Below, one piece after another: positions 27,889-32,000 of a DNA stretch of 32,000 bases; position 1 is the stretch's first letter, and every line of letters starts with the position of its first letter. The notes below the pieces were generated by a model. It was not told the DNA's origin. It made no database searches and saw only the letters and a program-made list of their open reading frames with translations. The DNA is from Halomicronema hongdechloris C2206 (GTDB lineage Bacteria > Cyanobacteriota > Cyanobacteriia > Phormidesmidales > Phormidesmidaceae). A program made the translations under genes and the position numbers. The stretch lies in contig NZ_CP021983.2 in assembly GCF_002075285.3 (NCBI RefSeq), positions 2,460,001-2,492,000 on the forward strand. The letters run 5' to 3'.

Positions 27889-28671
27889 ATGCGCTCCCTG
27901 TTCACTTATCCCACATTTTCGGCAATGCCGACCGATGGCTTAGCGACATCCCTTTTGCATTTACAGGATGAAGCCAGCTTGCCAGCTGTGCTACAGAGCA
28001 TAGGACTGAGCGAACCTCGTCCGGTGCTCGTGCTTGTGGGAGGAGCGAGTAAACTATCGCCAGCAGATTTTCGTCGGGTTGAGGGGCTATTTACTCAAGT
28101 CCTGGCCCCTCTAGCAGAAGCCTTACAGTTGGTGGTGGTCGACGGCGGCACCGATGCCGGTATCATGCATTTAATTGGCAAAGCCCGCAGCCAGCACCAT
28201 TTTCATTTTCCCTTGGTGGGAGTGGCCCCTGAAGGCTTGGTACATTTACCCCACCATCGCGTGCTGGCAGCCGATGGGGCTGCCCTAGAGCCCAATCATA
28301 CCCATTGCTTTTTAGTGCCGGGGGATCAGTGGGGAGATGAGTCGTCATGGATTGCCCGGGTAGCAACTGCCATCGCTGCTGATCTGCCCTCGGTCACCGT
28401 CTTAATCAACGGGGGTGAGGTGACTTGGCAGGATGCTGCCAATAGTGTGGTGCAGCAGCGCCCTGTCATCGTGATCCGGGGCAGCGGTCGCACGGCCGAT
28501 GCCATCGCCCAGGTACTAAAAGGGGGACCGGCATCTGATGATCGGGTGCACTCGCTAGTGGAATCAGGCTTACTCAGAGCCATTGACCTCGATACAGACC
28601 CGGCTCAGCTCGAACAGATTCTGCGTCGCCTACTGACCACTGTTCCTAGCCCCAGCACGCCACAGCGTTAG
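27889..28671 (+). CDS. SLOG-superfamily protein resembling the LSDAT (TRPM N-terminal-like) family
   Basis: 260 aa. It has three Gly-rich Rossmannoid motifs with the spacing seen in the TRPM/LSDAT SLOG domain: PVLVLVGGASKLSPADF, LVVVDGGTDAGIMHLIGKA and VLINGGEVTWQD...PVIVIRGSGRTADAIAQVL. The assignment is from motif recollection, not a search. Confidence 0.6.
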   Translation: MRSLFTYPTFSAMPTDGLATSLLHLQDEASLPAVLQSIGLSEPRPVLVLVGGASKLSPADFRRVEGLFTQVLAPLAEALQLVVVDGGTDAGIMHLIGKARSQHHFHFPLVGVAPEGLVHLPHHRVLAADGAALEPNHTHCFLVPGDQWGDESSWIARVATAIAADLPSVTVLINGGEVTWQDAANSVVQQRPVIVIRGSGRTADAIAQVLKGGPASDDRVHSLVESGLLRAIDLDTDPAQLEQILRRLLTTVPSPSTPQR

Positions 28672-28722
28672 CCCTAGGCTAATCGGGCGAATACGCGTCT
28701 TTAACCAAATAAAAAAATAAAG

Positions 28723-28754
28723 GGCCATAGCCAGGCGATTCCATAGCTATGGCC
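28723..28754 (-). terminator. Rho-independent terminator for the minus-strand lipoprotein gene (possibly bidirectional)
   Basis: GGCCATAGC (28723-28731) pairs with GCTATGGCC (28746-28754). On the minus strand the hairpin is followed by CTTTATTTTTTTATTTGG. A second 7-bp hairpin, GGCACGG/CCGTGCC, lies at 28770-28791. Confidence 0.6.
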
Positions 28755-28810
28755 GACTTTTAAGGCAACGGCACGGACTCAGGGCCGTGCCATGAGCGTG
28801 GCGCTAAAGT

Positions 28811-29037
28811 TTATTCGCCTTCGCCACCTTCGCCGCCTTCACCGCCTTCGGCCGGGGCTGCATCTTCAGCCGGGGCCGCGTCTTCAGCCGGGGCTGCATC
28901 TTCAGCCGGGGCTGCATCTTCAGTGGTTGGGGCAGTGTCTTCCTCAACAGCGTCATCCGTTGGGGCCCCCCCACAAGCTGCCAAGGTCGCGTACTCAAGC
29001 CTAGGGCCAGCAGAATCGCAGTAGGTTTCCAGCTCAT
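28811..29037 (-). pseudogene. Small acidic repeat lipoprotein gene with a -1 frame break between the signal peptide and the lipobox
   Basis: GGAGG lies 8 nt upstream of the ATG at 29037. Frame A gives the signal-peptide start MSWKPTAILLALGLST. From about nt 28990 a second frame gives ATLAACGGAPTDDAVEEDTAPTTEDAAPAEDAAPAEDAAPAEDAAPAEGGEGGEGGEGE* (lipobox LAAC, stop 28813-28811). Frame A itself continues as a basic, repeat-derived 77 aa ORF ending at 28804. Confidence 0.6.
28851..28922. repeat. 18-nt tandem repeat x4 (GCCGGGGCTGCATCTTCA; copy 2 has 3 substitutions), coding EDAAPA repeats on the minus strand
   Basis: Read directly. It is preceded by imperfect 9-nt GCCTTCGCC-like repeats at 28816-28850, which encode the EGG repeats. 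Confidence 0.9.
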
Positions 29038-29443
29038 ACTACACACCTCCATGTCAGAATGAAATCACGGCTACCGAATCAAACATTCACCGCTACAGAT
29101 GCACTATAGAGGCGAATCCTTTGGATCGAACATCACATCGATAGAATTTTCCAAAAGTGATTGGCAGCGAATGGCGTAAATCCATCAGTCACGCTTATTA
29201 ACCGAACTTTAACCTGAGTGGGCTGGGCAGGGTCTGAGCAACTAGAAATAGCCATTTCAGCCATTTTGGCCTGGATTTTGCCGATGGGGCGAGGCATTTA
29301 GAATTTTTTCCCAGCCATGGGTGATGGAATTGTCATCGTAGGCGATTGCTGAGGTCATTTTCGACCTGGGGCTGGCTCGGATGGCCCCCATCCAGATCGT
29401 CATCCTTCATAATGGGAAGCATCAGGCTGTTTTTCTGATTGTC

Positions 29444-29971
29444 ATGGGCTATCCCATTGCTGTTTTCCCCGATCGCATCACGGCTGAAGCCGCCTACTCG
29501 TCTCTGGAAAAAGCTGACGTGCCGATGGCGGCGGTCTCCATGTTGGGTCGGGGATATCAAAGTGCCGATGAGTATGGTCTGATTGATCCGGCCGAGGCCG
29601 CTTGGAAGCAGATTCGCTTGATGATGTTGTGGCTGGTTCCCTTTGGCTTCGTGGCTGGGTTTTCCTTCAACGCCATTACTGGCCTGGATACGTTTCCCTG
29701 GGCTGGCAACCTGGGCAATCAACTCCTGGGTGGACTCCTGGGGGCGGGCTCTGGAGCCCTGGGAGCATTCTTCGTGGGGGGCGGGGTTGGTCTCAGCGTT
29801 GGCAGTGGTGATGCTATTTCCTACCGTAATCGCCTCAATGCCGGTAAGTATCTGCTGATTGTTGAGGGCCAAGAGGGGCTTATCGGTCAAGCCAGTCGTT
29901 TGCTGCGTCAACACCGGCCGGAAAATATACAGGGCTATACCGAGCAGCGGGTGAGGCCATCCTCCTCATGA
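29444..29971 (+). CDS. Membrane protein with glycine-zipper segment (YflT/DUF1269-like stress-protein architecture)
   Basis: ORF 29381..29971. An alternative start is the ATG at 29444 (MGYPIAVFPDRITAEAAYSSLEKADVPMAAVSMLGRGYQS). It has a hydrophobic/Gly-rich core, LLGGLLGAGSGALGAFFVGGGVGLSVGSG. The family call is tentative. Confidence 0.5.
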   Translation: MGYPIAVFPDRITAEAAYSSLEKADVPMAAVSMLGRGYQSADEYGLIDPAEAAWKQIRLMMLWLVPFGFVAGFSFNAITGLDTFPWAGNLGNQLLGGLLGAGSGALGAFFVGGGVGLSVGSGDAISYRNRLNAGKYLLIVEGQEGLIGQASRLLRQHRPENIQGYTEQRVRPSSS

Positions 29972-30224
29972 GTCCTCTTGTGGGCCTTGGGTATGTCACG
30001 GATAAGCGATTGATCATTGAGATGGCCATGGGGGGCGATAACATCGCCAAAAACTCCGAGTCTAGAAACGGAGCATGGTAGTGCAGGGGCACGCCAGTCG
30101 GCGGACGGTGTCCGCTTGTTAGCCCTTTGATCAGCACTTTATTTTCACGCGAATCCCTGATTAAGTTTGGCGTCTCGGCTCTAGGCTGACAATAATGGCA
30201 GTAGACGTCAGCAATTCTGGAGGG

Positions 30225-30984
30225 ATGGCTCAACTACAGGCCTTGATATTTGACGTAGACGGCACCTTGGCGGAAACGGAGCGGGATGGCCATCGGGTGG
30301 CCTTTAACCAGGCCTTTGCCGAGGCGGGGCTGAATTGGCAGTGGTCGGTGGGCCTCTACGGCAGCCTATTGCAGGTAGCGGGGGGCAAGGAGCGGATTCG
30401 CTATTTTATCCGGCGCTATTTGCCTCAGTTTCAGCCCCAGGAGGAGTTAGAGGCCCTGGTCGCTCGCTTGCATCGGGCCAAGAATAAGCATTTCAAGGCG
30501 ATTTTGCAGAGCGGTGCGATTCCGCTGCGGCCAGGGGTGCAGCGGTTGATTGCTGAAGCTCGTGCCCAGGGGTGCGCCTTGCGATCGCAACCACCAGTGC
30601 CCTAGAGAACGCCATGGCCTTGCTAGAGGCTACCCTAGGCCCCGAGTCCCCCGCCTGGTTTGAGGTGATCGCCGCCGGGGACATGGTATCGGCCAAGAAA
30701 CCGGCCCCCGATATTTACCAACTAGTGCTAGATAAGCTGGCCCTGCCCCCCCCAGCCTGCCTGGCCATTGAAGACAGTCAGCAAGGGCTAATGGCAGCCA
30801 CCGCCGCCGGGCTCACCACCCTGGTCACACCGTCAACGACTACACCCGCAACCAGCCCTTGCCGGCGGCTCGGCTGGTGGTGAATCACCTGGGGGATCCG
30901 ACTCATCCCTTCCAGGTCCTGTCTGGCCAGGGGTATCACACCTACTATGTCAGCCTAGAATTGGCCCAGTCCCTATTGCTTTAG
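30225..30984 (+). pseudogene. cbbY: CbbY-like HAD-superfamily hydrolase broken by two single-base frame shifts
   Basis: Frame 0 gives MAQLQALIFDVDGTLAETERDGHRVAFNQAF...LIAEARAQG. Frame -1, entered at the G-run 30569-30572, gives (V)RLAIATTSALENAMALLEATLGPESPAWFEVIAAGDMVSAKKPAPDIY...AIEDSQQGLMAATAAGLTTLVT. A further -1 at about 30828-30831 gives VNDYTRNQPLPAARLVVNHLGDPTHPF...* (stop 30982-30984). Together these reconstitute a full-length CbbY-type protein. Confidence 0.75.
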
Positions 30985-30994
30985 TCAGAATCCC

Positions 30995-31645
30995 ATGCCT
31001 CTCTCCGCTAGTCTCTGGCAGGCCAACCAAGACCTAAGCCAAGCCTGCTTGCACCATCCCTTCGTCCAGGGTATTGGTGATGGCAGCCTGCCCCTGCCCC
31101 AGTTTGCCTATTATGTGGGCCAGGATGCCTTTTTCTTAGAGGCCTTTGCCCGGGCCTACAGCATTGCCGCCGCCAAGGCCCCAGATTGGCCGGGCTTTCA
31201 GACCTGCCACCATCTGGCGGCAGGGGTATTGCAGGAATTGAATCTGCACCAAGGCTATGCCGCCGAGTGGGGCATCGATACCCACCGGGTCAGCCCCGGG
31301 ACCGCCACCCGCCAATATACTGACTTTCTCCTGGCCACGGCCTGGGGGCAGCCGGTGGGGGTAACGGCGGTGGCCATGGCCCCCTGTATGCGGCTCTATG
31401 CCTTTCTGGGCCAGACCCTGGCCGCCGAGGGCATGCCGGAGCACCGCTACAGCGACTGGATTCGCACTTACAGCAGCGATGAGTTTGAGCCCCTGGCCCA
31501 ACAGCTGGAGCACCTGATCGACGCCTACAGCCAGGACACGCCGCTGGTCCGCTCTAGCTACCGCTATGCCATGGTCTGTGAACAGGCTTTCTTCCAGGCG
31601 GCCTGGGAGACGCCGCCAGAGGCTACTGGGTCAACGCCCGAATAA
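30995..31645 (+). CDS. tenA: TenA/thiaminase II family protein (aminopyrimidine aminohydrolase)
   Basis: 216 aa. The motifs HPFVQGIGDGSLPLPQFAYYVGQDAFFLEAFARAY and TRQYTDFLL are typical TenA helices. Confidence 0.85.
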   Translation: MPLSASLWQANQDLSQACLHHPFVQGIGDGSLPLPQFAYYVGQDAFFLEAFARAYSIAAAKAPDWPGFQTCHHLAAGVLQELNLHQGYAAEWGIDTHRVSPGTATRQYTDFLLATAWGQPVGVTAVAMAPCMRLYAFLGQTLAAEGMPEHRYSDWIRTYSSDEFEPLAQQLEHLIDAYSQDTPLVRSSYRYAMVCEQAFFQAAWETPPEATGSTPE

Positions 31646-32000
31646 AGCTAGAGAGTTCCGACAGCAGGCGGCGGCGGGGGCGGGCCCGAGTGGTTTCTGA
31701 GCCCTCGCCTGCAGCGGCGTCATCGGCCCCACTGAGTAGGCGATCTAGGGCTTCGCCGCTGGGTTTCTGGGGCCGCTCCGCCAGCAACTCGTACTGGTTT
31801 GCGGCCGTCTCCTGCCATACTTGCCAGGGTTCCGGATAGCAGCGCAGCAGCACCACGTCCTGTTGCGATCGCAAATAGTAGCTAGACTCCAGGGTATTCA
31901 AGAAGCGCTGCCGCAGCTGCCGCCCAGCATAGCCGATGCCGATGGTAGCCACATCTTCTAGCTTCGGGTTCAGCAGCACCACAAAGCTACCCGCGGCCTC
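31623..32000 (-). CDS. DUF1995-like protein, 5' end outside the window
   Basis: The frame stays open upstream of the listed GTG (EAAGSFVVLLNPKLEDVATIGIGYAGRQLRQRFLNTLESSYYLR...). It resembles the cyanobacterial/plastid DUF1995 C-terminal region. It converges on tenA with a 23-nt overlap. Confidence 0.55.
   Translation of the reverse strand, partial: EAAGSFVVLLNPKLEDVATIGIGYAGRQLRQRFLNTLESSYYLRSQQDVVLLRCYPEPWQVWQETAANQYELLAERPQKPSGEALDRLLSGADDAAAGEGSETTRARPRRRLLSELSSFIRALTQ

Noticed and set aside
28792-29004. 70 aa + strand ORF (LHLQPG repeats), and the idea that the 18-nt repeats could be a CRISPR-like array
   Set aside because: The repeats are directly tandem with no spacers and encode EDAAPA on the minus strand behind an SD, a signal peptide and a lipobox. 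The + strand ORF is a by-product of stop-free repeats.
29333-29914. 193 aa minus-strand ORF overlapping the glycine-zipper membrane protein gene
   Set aside because: It is antisense to a frame with a coherent domain layout. Its composition is Gln/Pro/Ser-rich with no start context.
31623-31645. 23-nt convergent overlap of the tenA and DUF1995-like 3' ends
   Set aside because: Short convergent overlaps are common and both ORFs look intact, so there is nothing further to infer from sequence alone.

Overview
This is a cyanobacterial chromosomal segment: it carries 13 exact copies of the HIP1 octamer GCGATCGC and typical cyanobacterial gene families. From left to right it holds six blocks. (1) A salt-acclimation cluster on the minus strand, consisting of a partial Na+/H+ antiporter and gpsA-glpD-ggpS (glucosylglycerol-phosphate synthase). 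A 1.19 kb ORF-poor spacer separates it from a divergent 920 aa GH13-like gene, a probable glucosylglycerol hydrolase (GghA-like). (2) A tightly coupled minus-strand operon of a GH3-family adenylating enzyme, an FtsX/DevC-like ABC permease and a DevA-like ATPase, facing a small His-box hydroxylase. (3) A DUF4278 gene, a FecR-domain gene and a CHASE2-PAS-GGDEF sensor whose GGDEF-EAL output has an internal out-of-frame deletion. (4) A visibly AT-richer fatty-acid-hydroxylase-family gene, then SRPBCC, malic enzyme, flavin reductase and an MIF-like tautomerase. (5) dnaX (gamma/tau) interrupted by a 324 aa intein, with rnhA (C-terminal extension) divergent from it. (6) An orphan SLOG/LSDAT-like gene, a frameshifted repeat-rich lipoprotein gene, a glycine-zipper membrane protein, a doubly frameshifted CbbY-like HAD gene, tenA and a partial DUF1995 gene. 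Headline observation: the dnaX intein does not carry its homing endonuclease in frame. A complete 225-codon I-SceI-like LAGLIDADG ORF lies in the -1 frame and is wholly nested in the intein, while the dnaX frame stays open across it. This is about 680 nt of same-strand dual coding. An A_AAA_AAA slippery heptamer sits 6 codons into the nested ORF. No rRNA, tRNA, CRISPR array or transposase was recognised.
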